A DNA stretch of 64,000 nucleotides from assembly GCA_004022145.1 (NCBI GenBank), contig RCNU01000001.1; one strand, written 5' to 3'. The notes beneath the pieces are model-generated. The model was not told the DNA's origin and ran no database searches. It worked only from the letters and a program-made list of their open reading frames with translations. The stretch's first letter is position 1. The number at the start of each line of letters is the position of its first letter. Shown here piece after piece: positions 49,580-62,503 of the stretch. The DNA comes from Paecilomyces variotii (taxonomy: Eukaryota). Both the position numbers and the translations under genes were made by a program.

Positions 49580-50297
49580 TTTATATTATAACTCCTACCG
49601 TGGGTAGTATTTCTCAACGTCTTCGTTGTGAGGATGGCGGGGCGAGTCCCATTTTTTTTTTTGTAGCTCCTTCAGGACATGTGCTCCTTTCGAATTAAGA
49701 CGAGACATGTCTGGACTCTGTTGGCTTGCGGCAACTGCCGGCGTACTGAATAAACAACGGAAGGGTTTGGTATAGTTAGCAGTGTCAGCTAATGAAGACA
49801 AGCCTCTGTGAACCAAGTTGACTGGGTAATGAACAGACAAACTCGAGAGCGAGGAGATGCGGCTTTATACATGACGATTGGTAGAATGCCCCTTGGGTTG
49901 CCGCCCGAATCTATTGCCTTCGTGTTTGAAAGTAGACGAAACAGAGGGAGAAGTGATAGGAAGAAGGGGAGGAGTCGAGCAGGAGATGGTCGGGTCGTTT
50001 ATGTTGGGACAATCGAGGAAGAGATCAATCACATCTTGGTTCGTTCTGAAGCTTTGACTAGAGGCAAACCAAATCGTTTCATTTTTGAAAGAAGGGGGGA
50101 GGGGAAGGCGAGAGCAGCTTACTTCGATAGTTCAAAACTGCCTCAAGGGATAAAAAGTACTACGTACTCTCTTGATTGACGCTAGACAAGTCAAGAACTA
50201 AAGAGGGGGAACCTTACAAATAACTTGAGGCATCTAGAAGCGAGAGCTTAAGTAACCAATCACCTATTAGTTAACTAACTACAACATCATGTATTAT

Positions 50298-50321
50298 TCT
50301 ATCTATCTATCTATCTATCTA
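50298..50321. repeat. (TCTA)6 microsatellite
   Basis: Read directly from the sequence. Confidence 0.9.
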
Positions 50322-51596
50322 GTCCTCTCTAATGTTTCTACTCTACGATATCTATCCTGAGTAATACATTAGATCCATGAACTAGACGACGTAGAGAACT
50401 ATTCTTAGAATCGCGGACCAGATTATATATGTATGTAGTATTAAAACCGTAGATCCGGCACAGATTAGTTTGCTAATTACTCCACAGTGACGTTTTATTA
50501 CCCCAGACCATCGGGATGAACAATCGCAACGTAACAAATGTCACAGCGAATAGTTAGTTAGCGAGATCATCATCTCCGCATGGTCTTCCCCACATAACTC
50601 TGCAAACTGACGCGTAACTTACTCTACCATACTCCGTATGAGTTACACAACACTAAGTTACTGTGCTCTACTTGTTCCAATGCACTCTACTCGATACTTG
50701 GACCAGCTCGACAATGTAATACGATAATCAACCAGTTTAGACGCTTATATAGCGCCGGTAATATATATAGCTATAGCTATACTAAAACATCAAGAAAATG
50801 CTTGTTATAAAGATAGAACGCGTGTACGTATAGATTGAACCGGAAAAAGGCAGGGAAAAAGGTCAAACGAGGGGGAAGGCAAAATATCAAAAAAGGAACA
50901 AAATGAAGAACGACTTGCGATCTCCAAAAGAACCATGATTTTTGGGGTCATGACGCGTAAATACCGTTAACTCCTATTTATGACAATCGAGGACGGGTAG
51001 TAGGTATGCACTGGTTCAATTGAAGCAAGGCAAAAAAAAAGAGAGAATATGACAAAAAAAACCACTCCAAACACCCTTCGAAAAACAAGAAAACACCCAG
51101 GAACTTTTTATAGGTCCCTTCTCCTTTTAGCCACCGTCTGAGAGATAAACGCCAAACCAACCCATGCCCCTGTGTGCTGGAGAAAACAAAGGAAAATCAG
51201 GTATAAAGTCCCCGGGTCGCTTGTTAGGCTCCAGAATAAATGATAGAAGAACGAAAAGAGATATGACAAGATAGCAGTAATAATACCATGCAGAAGGTGA
51301 GCCAAGAAATTAATTGGTCCAGAGAAGGGCATGCATAGACATAGGTGGGGATGGAAATATTAAAATGAGAATTGAAGCTTGACCGAAATAAGAGGCAAGA
51401 CGCTTATAACCAAGACAGAACGCTTTAAGAGGGGAGAAAATCCACTGAACGACAGAAAATACCGAAAGACAAAAAGAAAGAAAGGAATGACTCCCGACGA
51501 GATTTTGATGTATCCGAAAAGAAAAAGAAAAAGAACTCCTGTGTTTGCAGACATGACGTTCTTCGTTCGGGGAGACCGTCATGGTGATAGCGGCTC

Positions 51597-54272
51597 TTAA
51601 AAACTGAAAAGTCCGCTTCGTTTCTTTCCCAGTGGATAGACCACCAGGGCGGCGAGGAACAGACCGACGGTGATACCAATTGCGACCTGAACCATGCCGT
51701 ATCCAATGTCAAAGACAACGCCACTATACTGGTCGCTGCTACTGTAGCTTGGTGCGGATTGGTTTTGTGCCTCTAGGAAGCCTTGGGTTCCATTAGAGAT
51801 AATAGAGTAGATGGATTTGTTGGCCGTCATCTCATCAGCAGATGTGATCCCAGATACGAGGGATCCGCTTGCTGCGAGACCAGACGGCACCTGGACGAAA
51901 ATGGCCGGCAAAATTGCAGCAGCTGCAAGACCGTGTCGTAGTCGACTATAGAGATTACCCATCACACCGATAACAAAAGCTCCCAACGCGTTCGCAACCT
52001 GAGTGTTCGACGCGAATCGCTTCATGCTGAAGAAGTTGGTGACATACCCAGCAAAGGAGATGATCAGCATGACAGGAACTTGTCGCCATTTAGCCTGGTT
52101 GATGGTGATGAGACAGAAGGTGAAGAGAGGTACAAAAATGAAATGGTTAAGGTATTCGTTCGTGATCGGGCTCGCGGGACACGTGTATTCCGAGGAGGCA
52201 TTTGCATCCAAGAGTCCATAGACCGCAGTACCAATTGTGATTCCAAATCCGAGAAATAGGGAGTAGATGATGGCGTAGACCATGCGGACAGACCCAGCCA
52301 CGATACTGCGCGATTGAAGCTCAAGACTGCCGCACAGCACCATGTACCCAGGTAGGATAAGCGCGATGGAAGACTGGGCCAAAGCGGAGAAACAGAACAG
52401 GCGGCCTCCATGGTAAGGAATGCTACCAAAAGCTCGGGCCAGAAAAGAAGTCAGAACGGCAGCAGAGATTTCGAACACATTCGAATAGAGCTGCGATCGC
52501 GGGGAAAGCACGAGCTGAAGAATGCCCAGAAGACAGCCTAGCACAAAGGCAATGGGCAAGTCAATAGGTCGGGCATTGAAGGCGAACGGTCCAACTGTAG
52601 CACTGGCACAGCCATGCATGAGGATCAGAAACCAGACGGGAAACTTCGGTTTGCGTTTCATGATCTCGTCTAGCCGTTGGATAGCCTCTTCCACGCCGAT
52701 CACATCGTGCACAACTTCCTTGTAGATCTGGTGAGTGTCCTTCAGACGACCCAGGTCCACTCCCTGCGCCGATTTCACAAGCTTCACTTCCGTTGTATGA
52801 GTGGAAGCATCGTCAAAGGATATGATCATGCATCCTGGAATGTAGAGAAACTGTCCGTCAATCTCCAACACGCGTGCAGTCATCCTCATATACTCCTCCA
52901 GTCGATGTGTTGGGGCGCCATACTTCATCAGAGCCCGACAGAGTTTCATCAGGTACCGTTGTCGAGAAAGGATCTCGGCAATGTGCACCGTGATCCGAAT
53001 CTCGTCTTCCAGGTGCGGCTTCCCCCATCTCTTTGCAGCTCCCGCCAACATCCCGCTGCTCTTCGACCGTTTCAACCCTGGTCTCTGGGGGTACGTGGAG
53101 CTCGCAGACGACCCTTTGGCTGTGCTGGCCAGGGACGTAGAGGACATGTTTGGTGATTTGTCGTACCACTTCCTTGGCTTGGGAGGCTTCTCCCCGTTGC
53201 CTCTGCTCGGGGATAAGCCTCGTAAACTCGACTCTCCCAGGCTGCCTCCCCTGAAATGACCATGTTGAGGGCCTCCAACAGGTTGGCCAGCAGCCTGTTG
53301 GTCGTACAGCTTCAACAAGGTTGACAAGATACCACCGCGATAATGCGCTGGCCGTTGGACGTAGGCGTCCGGGTCCCTGTCCTCCAAGGGAGTGACCTGA
53401 CCCGAACGAAATCCTGGTGATGGTGCACGTACTCTGTTCAGTGGATCGAACTCCTTTCGAGTCATTTGTTGGACAAGCTGGTGAGCTTCGGAAGTGCGTG
53501 TGTTGGGTCGCCTCCCTATGGATGCCTCCTCATCCTCGTCGTCCGTGGATTCGTCGAGAAACTGCTTCTCTGACAGATTGATCATGGGGATCTCATCCCC
53601 GTCTTCTGATATCAAGACAGACTGCGAAGGCGTAGATGCGATAGATGATGGCAAGCTGGAGCGTGGACTGGGTTTGGGGGATTTGGAACGACTCAACAAG
53701 AAAGCTAACCTCTGAGCTCGTTCCTGAGCTCTTTCCTGCGCAGAATGGATAGTCCGATCAGTGATCTCATCTTCCCCAAGGAACCCCGGAGAACTGGCGC
53801 GTGAACTAGCCCGGGAACTGGCTCGAGAGCTTCCGCGAGAGCTAGCTCGAGAGTGGATCGTGAGCCCTGTGACATCGGCGGACGCGTTGAGGCCGTCATC
53901 TGTCAGAGGAGGTAACCTGGATGAGGTATCCACCTTCTCATTGTATGGAATGCTGGCTGCCGGCGATGGTTTTTGAGGAAATCCCCTTCCATCGCCTCGC
54001 GAGTCTGACGTCGATCGACTTCGACGCTCTTCGTGCTCGGGGGGCTCCGTTACAGTAAATTTGACGCGATTCGCTCCTTTCAGAATGCCTGCATTCTTCG
54101 GCTTGCCCTGCGCGCCACTAGTTCCTGCGCTCCTGTCGCGAGAACCGTCATTGGGGGAAGGGAGGGGAGTCGTATGTGACCCCGTAGATGATCTGCTGCC
54201 ATCCCCAGACTGCTCTGTCATATTTGGCTGCCTGGGGGCAGTAACGGGAAGATCAAAATAGCCGCCTGCCAT
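51597..54272 (-). CDS. prm10: Prm10-like / DUF1212 (ThrE threonine-serine exporter family) multi-pass membrane protein, ~891 aa
   Basis: Long disordered N-terminus, then YLMKLCRALMKYGAPTHRLEEY, ALILPGYMVLCGSLELQSRSIVAGSVRM and ~10 hydrophobic helices. First ATG is at 54272, but the frame stays open to a possible acceptor at 54345, so the true start could be further upstream. Confidence 0.88.
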   Translation of the reverse strand: MAGGYFDLPVTAPRQPNMTEQSGDGSRSSTGSHTTPLPSPNDGSRDRSAGTSGAQGKPKNAGILKGANRVKFTVTEPPEHEERRSRSTSDSRGDGRGFPQKPSPAASIPYNEKVDTSSRLPPLTDDGLNASADVTGLTIHSRASSRGSSRASSRASSRASSPGFLGEDEITDRTIHSAQERAQERAQRLAFLLSRSKSPKPSPRSSLPSSIASTPSQSVLISEDGDEIPMINLSEKQFLDESTDDEDEEASIGRRPNTRTSEAHQLVQQMTRKEFDPLNRVRAPSPGFRSGQVTPLEDRDPDAYVQRPAHYRGGILSTLLKLYDQQAAGQPVGGPQHGHFRGGSLGESSLRGLSPSRGNGEKPPKPRKWYDKSPNMSSTSLASTAKGSSASSTYPQRPGLKRSKSSGMLAGAAKRWGKPHLEDEIRITVHIAEILSRQRYLMKLCRALMKYGAPTHRLEEYMRMTARVLEIDGQFLYIPGCMIISFDDASTHTTEVKLVKSAQGVDLGRLKDTHQIYKEVVHDVIGVEEAIQRLDEIMKRKPKFPVWFLILMHGCASATVGPFAFNARPIDLPIAFVLGCLLGILQLVLSPRSQLYSNVFEISAAVLTSFLARAFGSIPYHGGRLFCFSALAQSSIALILPGYMVLCGSLELQSRSIVAGSVRMVYAIIYSLFLGFGITIGTAVYGLLDANASSEYTCPASPITNEYLNHFIFVPLFTFCLITINQAKWRQVPVMLIISFAGYVTNFFSMKRFASNTQVANALGAFVIGVMGNLYSRLRHGLAAAAILPAIFVQVPSGLAASGSLVSGITSADEMTANKSIYSIISNGTQGFLEAQNQSAPSYSSSDQYSGVVFDIGYGMVQVAIGITVGLFLAALVVYPLGKKRSGLFSF

Positions 54273-54919
54273 CTTGTTCACTGGACCTGTCCTCTCCGTA
54301 GATTCCGAACGGTCCAGGCCAGAGTGAGCGGGTGTGGTTTCCGTCTGTATCCCGGCAACCGTCAGCTATGTTGCATCACAGGCACACCAAAACCCCAGAA
54401 ACCAGGACCTCCAGAGGTCCAGACGCCGGGGTGGCAGTTGACAGTAGTACTGGAGAGATGTTTAAAAGGGGAATGAGACACCAACAGTTTTGCAACTGGA
54501 ACTGACTGCAGCGCTACCTTGCGCACGAGCTGTGCAGGTACCAGATGGTATTGCTTTGATCCGCTACCAGGAATGATAATACGTCATGTATACATGATCA
54601 GAGCAGCCACAGCATGAACAACAACAGAATCGAGAGAAGAATATAATGATCTTTGTTAGAGCGTAGTGACAAGAAGGTGGGAAAAGATTGTGCGTCGTGG
54701 GAGGAGGACAAGAACGGATCTAGGACGGATGCGGGTGACGTCGAGGAAGACCCGATGCGGCAAGAGAATAAAAAATAATAAGAAAAAGGAGGATCAACCA
54801 GACACCAGCTTAGTTGATCAGCCAATTGTTGTCTCTTGTTGGTTCAAGCGTAGTAGATGGCACAGACCAGCGACGAGGAGGAGAGAGATATTCTTCTTGC
54901 CTTGTTGATTGTTAGCAGC

Positions 54920-54943
54920 AGTAGTAGTAGTAGTAGTAGTAGT
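54920..54943. repeat. (AGT)8 microsatellite in the prm10 upstream region
   Basis: Read directly from the sequence. Confidence 0.85.
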
Positions 54944-57900
54944 GAGAAGAGAAACCTCCTTTGGGGAACAGTGGCACGGACGAGAGAGAAGGGCCGAGTA
55001 GATAAACGCCAGTGTCTCCCAGCCCTTCGAGGGGGGAAAAATCCTCGATTCAAGAGGGGATGGCAGCGAGAGGGTCACACCCTCGCCTCTCCATCGGGTT
55101 GAGACGGGCATCAGGCATGGAGCGGCCTTGCGTCGTCCTCATCAGACAAGCTATGCTACTATCTTCGTTGCGACCTCCGTTCGTCGGTTCCACGGGTCCA
55201 CGGGGGAGGTACCACAGTGGCCAAATGCAATCCGCGGACAGAAAAAAAGTCCAAGCTCTGATATCAACAACAACTACTAAGGATATCCGTCCTCTCGAGA
55301 ATCCGACCCACCGGGTCAAACGATCGAACAGTCTGGATTCTGACGGTTAGGAGTCAGCAGTGGAGTATTAGCACTATCAGCTTCTTGTTAGCGCCCGCAA
55401 AGCACGACGAACTAGTTTAACTCATCAGCATCTCTCGTCCATCAAATCCCTGCTTCTCACCAACCAGTTCGATATCTACCCATGGAGGGAGAAAACCATA
55501 TTCCATCCTTCCAGCTGGAGAGTGGCGGTGGCCGTCGAGTCTACGCAGAGGTAGGTTTCTCTCCCCTTCTCTGTTTCTTTTCTTTCAACGTTTGTATGTA
55601 CGTTCCCAATCCATACACTACTTACTCGACCCTCCCAGTGGATCACGCTAGACACAGGATACTCAGAGCACCCCATTCGAGTATGCATTACGAATCTCTC
55701 TGTAGGATGATCGATCGTCAAGGCCAAGGTCGATGCTCTACTGTGGCTTCGAGAAGATAACAGCGTCAACGACTTGGACTGGGGCAGCGTCAACTATGCG
55801 TTACGTGTCAGGCCGAGACATGGACATCATCCACTGAGGAGTCGCTATCAGACAAGAATCGCTGATTTCTTTTTTCATCACTTTTTTTACCCCTGGCAAC
55901 AATGTCTCTCTGTTGGGTCCATGATCAACATGTGATGATCTTCGACTCTAAAACCTCCTGTCAATTTGTGCCGCCGCAGACTCTTCCGCACTGGACCCTG
56001 ACGAGCCCGTGCGAGCGAAACCAACCCAGATAGGGAATGTCGGCCAAGAACTCATCTCTGCCGTCCAGCCACAGTGCTCCATCGAAGCCTTCTAGCGGTT
56101 GATAGTCAATTGTGCCCCCCTCGTGGAAATACCAGAGCCGCCGTCCGGACAAGCTTAATCGATTCGACGCTGATCAGGCCAAACTGTCAGGGCAGCCGGT
56201 CGGGAAACCCCCTATCGACTGCGCTAAAGCAGACGTTCATGACAGATCGATCTGGATCTTTGCAAGAAGGCCTGCCCATACATGTTCTGCTCGCTCTGCC
56301 TGGTCAAGCATAGATATCTAGATACCTTCTGCGACCGCATCTCTCCAACTGCGGCCACCACTGGGCTTGGATTTCACACCCGCGGCTGATCGAGATATCT
56401 GTGCGGTGCTCACGGCCCCACTGCTGGCACTTAACTTTGAGCACAGGACGCATTATTATTGTACAGTAATCATGATCGGGTCGTCCAAGTCTGGATCTCG
56501 AGGTTTGTGACAGCGGGATGACTCTTTCCCCCTTCGCCGGCCTGTGCGTACATCGTGTGTGGAGCTGAGTCTCGCGTCATTGTGTTACACGCATTTTCGT
56601 CAATGGTGACCAAAAAGACAGGTCTCCACGCGCTGTGTGGCAGAGCAACAGAGCATCTCACTGGAGCGCGGTAGAGATGAGCCAGTGCACACTCATGGCA
56701 CTCGATGACACTGTGGGAGAAGAAGACGTGCTCCGAGTCCTGAGGTGCGGCGCAACATCCTCGATCTGGTCAGTGCACCTCGCTCTCGGCCCCTCACACG
56801 ACGATTGTCACTCCCACCTGCACTATCAGTTGGGCTTGATTGGCGATCCTGCATGTGAGCTGCATGTATGCGACCTTGCAGGAACGGTGTCTAACTTAGT
56901 TATGGCAATTAGTGAATTAGTTTCAGCAGCCCCCGTCGCCATAAGCTTATCGCAGTGCATGTGTCTAGAAGTTATACGGTTTCTGCATCCGATGCACTCT
57001 CTCAGAGACCATTGCTGAGGGCTATAATACGTCTCATAAACATCATCTATGGCGGTCACGAGGGAAAATTTTGCCGGGAAACCTCGAGCTGCAACCACGA
57101 GTTAAGCTTGTGCGACAATGCAGCCTATGTCTTCACGTTGCCGTTTTCACGGACCACCTATTACCGAGGATGACTGTGCGACATCGATGAACCCAAATGA
57201 CCAATATGAAGCAGGTACGGCTCCTTCGTAGTAGACAATGTGCAGCGTGCCTGTTCATGGACACGATGAGACGCACCGTCCTATCGAGTGAGTGGACTGG
57301 GGCCCCGCCATCCCTAAGACATTCTGTACGAGGTTTACTGAGAAAGACAGCCCGCGGAAACTCTCTGGCAGTCACGTACCATAGAGCATCTCGCAACGAC
57401 ATACCATTCCCTGTTTTCACCGTATACAATACATATTATGCAATGTTCGAGTCGATGTGGCGAGTCTTGGTGAAGGGCTGTTCTATTTCCGGATATCCGC
57501 CTGGCCCGGGAGCTGAAGTTCGGGTCAAGTGGAGCCGTGGCTTTGAGCTTAAAAATGCCCCGAACCGCGATAGAAGAAGTTAAGAACAAACAGACTCAAA
57601 AAAGACTCAGCCTTGGGGATATCCATCTCCGCACACGCTAACGGATACAGCCACCAGCGCATTGAAACGTCCGGCTCCTTCGAACAATGTTACAAAGAAA
57701 CCTGCTTTGAAGCCCTACTGCGATCTATGAATATCGGATGTTGATATTGATGCCGGTTCTGCCGACATAACCAAGCAGGCCTCGGGGACCCTCCGGCCCT
57801 CCGACTGCAAAATGTGCAGCCGCAGAAGCCAGCCACATAACTAACACGTCCGCGGCACGCGGATGGCTAAAAGGTCATGTCTATTGATTATTGCGCCACC

Positions 57901-60900
57901 GGGTAAGCTAACACTATCGGTCCAAGAGAAAAGGGCCGTAGCGCTACCATCCTTCGCCATCCAGATCCACAAATTCAACCACGCACAATGCCAGCAAATC
58001 AACGACCCGAAAGATCGTTGATAATCGACACATCTAGATTCTTTTAAGATCTCCGCTACTAACTAACCGCCAAGTATCATATCTAGTGAATCATGTGTTG
58101 AAGGGGGCAAAAGAAGAAGAAAGTGAAAGGCGATCAATAACCACCAGATCCGCATGAACATCGATCTTATGGATAGCGCCCAAAGATTCCACTTAAACAG
58201 TCATGTTACACATAGCGTGGTTGCAAGATGTCAACACTATTCCGCTATCTTAGCTCGCCAGAGTTTTCCTGTTCTGGGCTCAATAGTCGAGGGGCAGAAA
58301 GACAGCACCTGAGATGATTTCCCTACAGTAGCGCCAACATCACAACAACATACTCCGTAGTATGCGATCTCGCCAGGAAGGAGCCCACGGGTTCCTCAAC
58401 ACCGGGTTCCAAAACCGACGGGAAAAGTCGGTGAGACTCAACGGTGGTCCTTTCGCATTGTGGAAGAGAGATCTCAAGGTTCCAGCCCTTGATCCCAGAA
58501 CAGAAAAAGCACATCTGATTGGAGCATCAATTGCGATAATGGAGGGCACGGATTTCAAACAGTAGCCTGTTTTTTGGCCGTATCCTGGACTTCTACACGT
58601 CAACATTCAGTCACTCCACGATATTTGATCTCTGCTCTGCGTTATGGTCCCTCACATTCCTTAAGCCGGCTTCTCAAAGGACAGTGCACGGTCCTTGAAA
58701 CATATTATCTAGGCGTCTCTTGCTGCACCAACGCTCAGATAAGCGAGAGCTTGGGCTCTGCAAGGACAACATAGCGCCTCGGGTAGCATAAGTACGGATT
58801 TGAAAGAACTCGTTGCTGCCCGATCGAATAATCTAGTCTCGTGGGTCTCTAACAATACGGAGATTAGGGGAAAGGGGCTTTGAGCACAGATAAGTGGATT
58901 CTGGCGAGTTTCATACTAATTTCGACCTTTCTCCCTGCAGACGTACTACTTCCCATGCAGTCATCCCTAGGATTGCGTATGCGGATCAGGGCAGACGTTG
59001 ACCTATATTGCAATATTGACTAGAACGTGCCAGCTCGTCTCTCCAGAGTAGTAGTCGATATCAGCGTTCTCTTGATCAACGAGCGTTCTCTTGGCACAGG
59101 GTTTGTTTTTTATATTGGCCTTGAAGCATATTTCCGCTGCAATATCCGCCCGTTGCATGTCCTGATGTCGCAATTGACTCCAGGACCAGCGTGGTATTGC
59201 TGACTCCTTGGATCTGGGACATGCTACGTACTCTATGCGTCACTACGGAGTACCCAGATGACTTTTGACTCTGTTTCGACAATGGCAACGTATATTGGAC
59301 CCACGCATATCAACAGTACCGAATATGCAGAAACCATCTCCAAATTCGTGCATTCAGAGACTGCAAGGACCCGGGAGCCAGCGGAATCAGGCGGAAACTA
59401 ACCCTTCCTTTGCATGTTGACATGTGGTTAACAAGCATATTATACCAGTATTCAGCATACCAGGTTGCTATCATGCTTGTTTGCCGCTGATGGTGCGATC
59501 TCATGGCACGGTGCTTTCCAGTAACCTATCTACCACTGTCTGATTCATCATAACGGCTGGGCCAGTTATGAATGCATACGCCTAACTCTTTCCACGATTG
59601 GAGTTCAGGACCTATGAGTTAGCAGACCACAGGTGAGACGCAAATTATAGTAGGGAGAGCGGCAGCGCGGCCGGATAGGCCCACAAATGATATGGTGTGG
59701 CAGTGACGGCTTTTTTTATATCAGGTATGGAATTCCTCGGACGGAACTGGGACGGGCGTTCCGAGCTCCAAAGATAAGCAGTTCGGACTATCATGCAAGA
59801 TCCAATCATGAATTATTATCCTGGAACATGATTGACAGGCATTCAACATTCGGCTCTCGGTCGGAAACATCTCGCCAAAACGGTGCGTGTTCTCTAACAT
59901 CATGTATGTGCTCCTGATATCCATGCAGCAGTGATCTTCAGACATAGTACACTCTCATGGCGCATTGTAGGCATCAATAAAATCCCTTCCCTTTCCTTCC
60001 GAACGATAGTCAGGGACATGGGGGTTCCTAGACTACATGATCGGCGAAATGCAGCGGCAACTTTACTTGCTCGGGGAAAACATGGATCCTGACGCTGATC
60101 CGGACGACGTGTGCATTGGAAACTATGTCCTTTCGGCCCGCAGCGATCAACCTCCCGTCGGGCCCGCACGTATCCCGTAATTTGTGCCGTCCGCCAAAGG
60201 GACCTCACTAGGGGACTCATACTGATGCGATCGTCATGTTCATTTGGAAAACTGAAATCCACACTGCACAGTGTCTGAGATTCTCCACCTTTTTTATACA
60301 CTTTTGTCGACCGTTCTCGGCCCCATCGAAGGAGACACGCGGTCTGTCTAGAACAAGGCCGCCTAGCATTATCGACGTGCATATTTGGATTTCAGCGGTG
60401 TGCAAATGGACGACGTTAAGCTAACCGGTTCATTGCATCAAGGATGAATATTATTCAAGGCCCATCCACCTCTTTGGAATATTCGGTTTCCACACTGCTT
60501 ATTCTAGACTGCGGCGAAATTAAAATTTCCCATCGCAGAATCCTCGATTCGGAGGAACCCGGTGGTTGAAGATGTCGCGACATGTCGGTCGGCGAGAAAA
60601 GCAACGACCGGGGAGGAAAATCATGAGACGAACCTTCGCCTCTACGGCTTGCCGGACAGTATTTCCCTGCAGATCCGGGATTGGATTTACTGATATACCG
60701 ACGATCGTTCCCTGTTCCTTTTCGTAGATCTGTTTATGATCTTCGAGTATAAAAATACAGCATAGATATCTGTCTAGACCTGTGGCGTCGTCGTAAGAGT
60801 TAGAACTACTATTTTTTAGGCATCACTCGATGTTCCTCATGTAGGGTTGGACTGCAAGTATTACTGCGATTAGTGAAGTAATCTTGTCGATGGTCGCAGG

Positions 60901-62470
60901 GCAATTGGAATCTGGCACAGATATGTATATATCTTTCCACTGGTGTATGATATGGTCTTGCCGGACAGTAGTTAACTTACTCTTGCCGCAACGACTCAAC
61001 AAACCTTTGAGCCTACCACGGAATCGAATCTCTAATATACGTATTCTACGACATCTATCGATAAAAAAGAAAACAATAGTAATAATACACATTGCCACTG
61101 TATTAATCATGTCCGCATCGATCACGTATATTATATATTTTACACGCCTGTTCATATCTACTCACATGCGTTTCCGCCGGACATTGTGCCAATCATCTGC
61201 TCATACGGCGCTATATAATCGTCTTTTTCCTTTTCCTGCAATTTTAACACCATCTACTAATAATAAGAGAAACGAATCGCGGTCCAACGACATTGCACGC
61301 TGATTTGTCTGGACCAACCACTTAGGCATCACTCCGCCACAACAATTCAAATCACCCAGACGATTCCATACTAGATCCTCATTCGTCTATACACATGCCA
61401 AAAGCATATCAATCGTCAGCATATAGCACACGAAACACCAACGGTCGAGCAGTTAAGTTGGTCTTGAGACCAAATCATAAATTCACGAGCCCTGCTTCAA
61501 CTAGCTACGAACAAGAATACCTAATGAGTCTACCTGCCTATTGAGACACACGCACATGATATTGTCCGTGCAACATTGCGAGAATAGAGTTTAAGACACT
61601 CGAAAGGCTGCGATATCACGAGAGCAAACAGGATGGGGGAGACGCCTTTTCGTGTTTGGGGATGGGATCATGAAATGAAATAGGCAGCCGTTTTTCGAGT
61701 CTTTGAAACCTTTTTTTTCTCTGATTAGTCTATACTACTGTGAAAGGTAGAGTGGTTCGCAATTCCTTGCTTTTTCCTCCGGGTCGAGTGTCACATGTGG
61801 CTGAAGTTATATGTACAGTAGTTGATTTATCACAAGTATCATCATCTCCGGAAGGACGCCAATTGCCTCGGTTAGCTGGGATCAAATAACCAATGCGATG
61901 TCTAATATCCTTTCTTGTTTCTTTGCTTTTTTTTATAGGAAGCCAGCGGAATAGCTTCTAATCCCTGATTTGATTGATGACCATGTCTATAAGTCATATA
62001 TCTATTTTTCTCACGAATAAAAAACACTATTCACACACACACCCGTTACATCCGACCAACACGACACAACACTACGCTTATCATATACACACACCTAACT
62101 ATCATCTAAGTTAAATAGTTAGTTATCATGTGGCAAGATCTTACTAATTACCTACCTTTCTTTTTCCCTCTTGCTCTTTATTCCCATATTCTTTTCGAAA
62201 CCATTCTCTCAAATCAAGGGATAAGCAAGAATGAGAAATCAAGAATGATAACATGACATAATCCGAGTAATACAACCGATTAGTTACCTACCTAACTAGT
62301 TATGTTGTGTTGTGTTGTATCCTCCCAGCCAGCCACCATGAGGAATTTCATAAATGATACCCTCCCCCCTAGCGCGACAAAACAAAAAACCAGACCACAG
62401 GCTTATTGGATAAATCTTCCTATCGGACTATTTAGCCTAAAATTGCCTGAAACCGAAGCCATGGTTTTGC

Positions 62471-62503
62471 GGGGGGGGGGGGGGGGGGGGGGGGGGGAGG
62501 GGG
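62471..62503 (+). repeat. G27 homopolymer followed by AGGGGG
   Basis: Read directly from the sequence. Confidence 0.9.

Noticed and set aside
49808..50179. 123-aa + strand ORF after the nucleotidyltransferase
   Set aside because: GTG start and R/G/E-rich composition reflecting a purine-rich strand; splice signals favour a minus-strand transcript.
53794..53851. Short tandem repeats encoding SRASSRGSSRASSRASSRASS
   Set aside because: Ordinary low-complexity coding repeat in the disordered Prm10 N-terminus.
60823..61303. Overlapping 110-aa and 139-aa Ile-rich ORFs
   Set aside because: AT-rich compositional ORFs with no motif or splice support.
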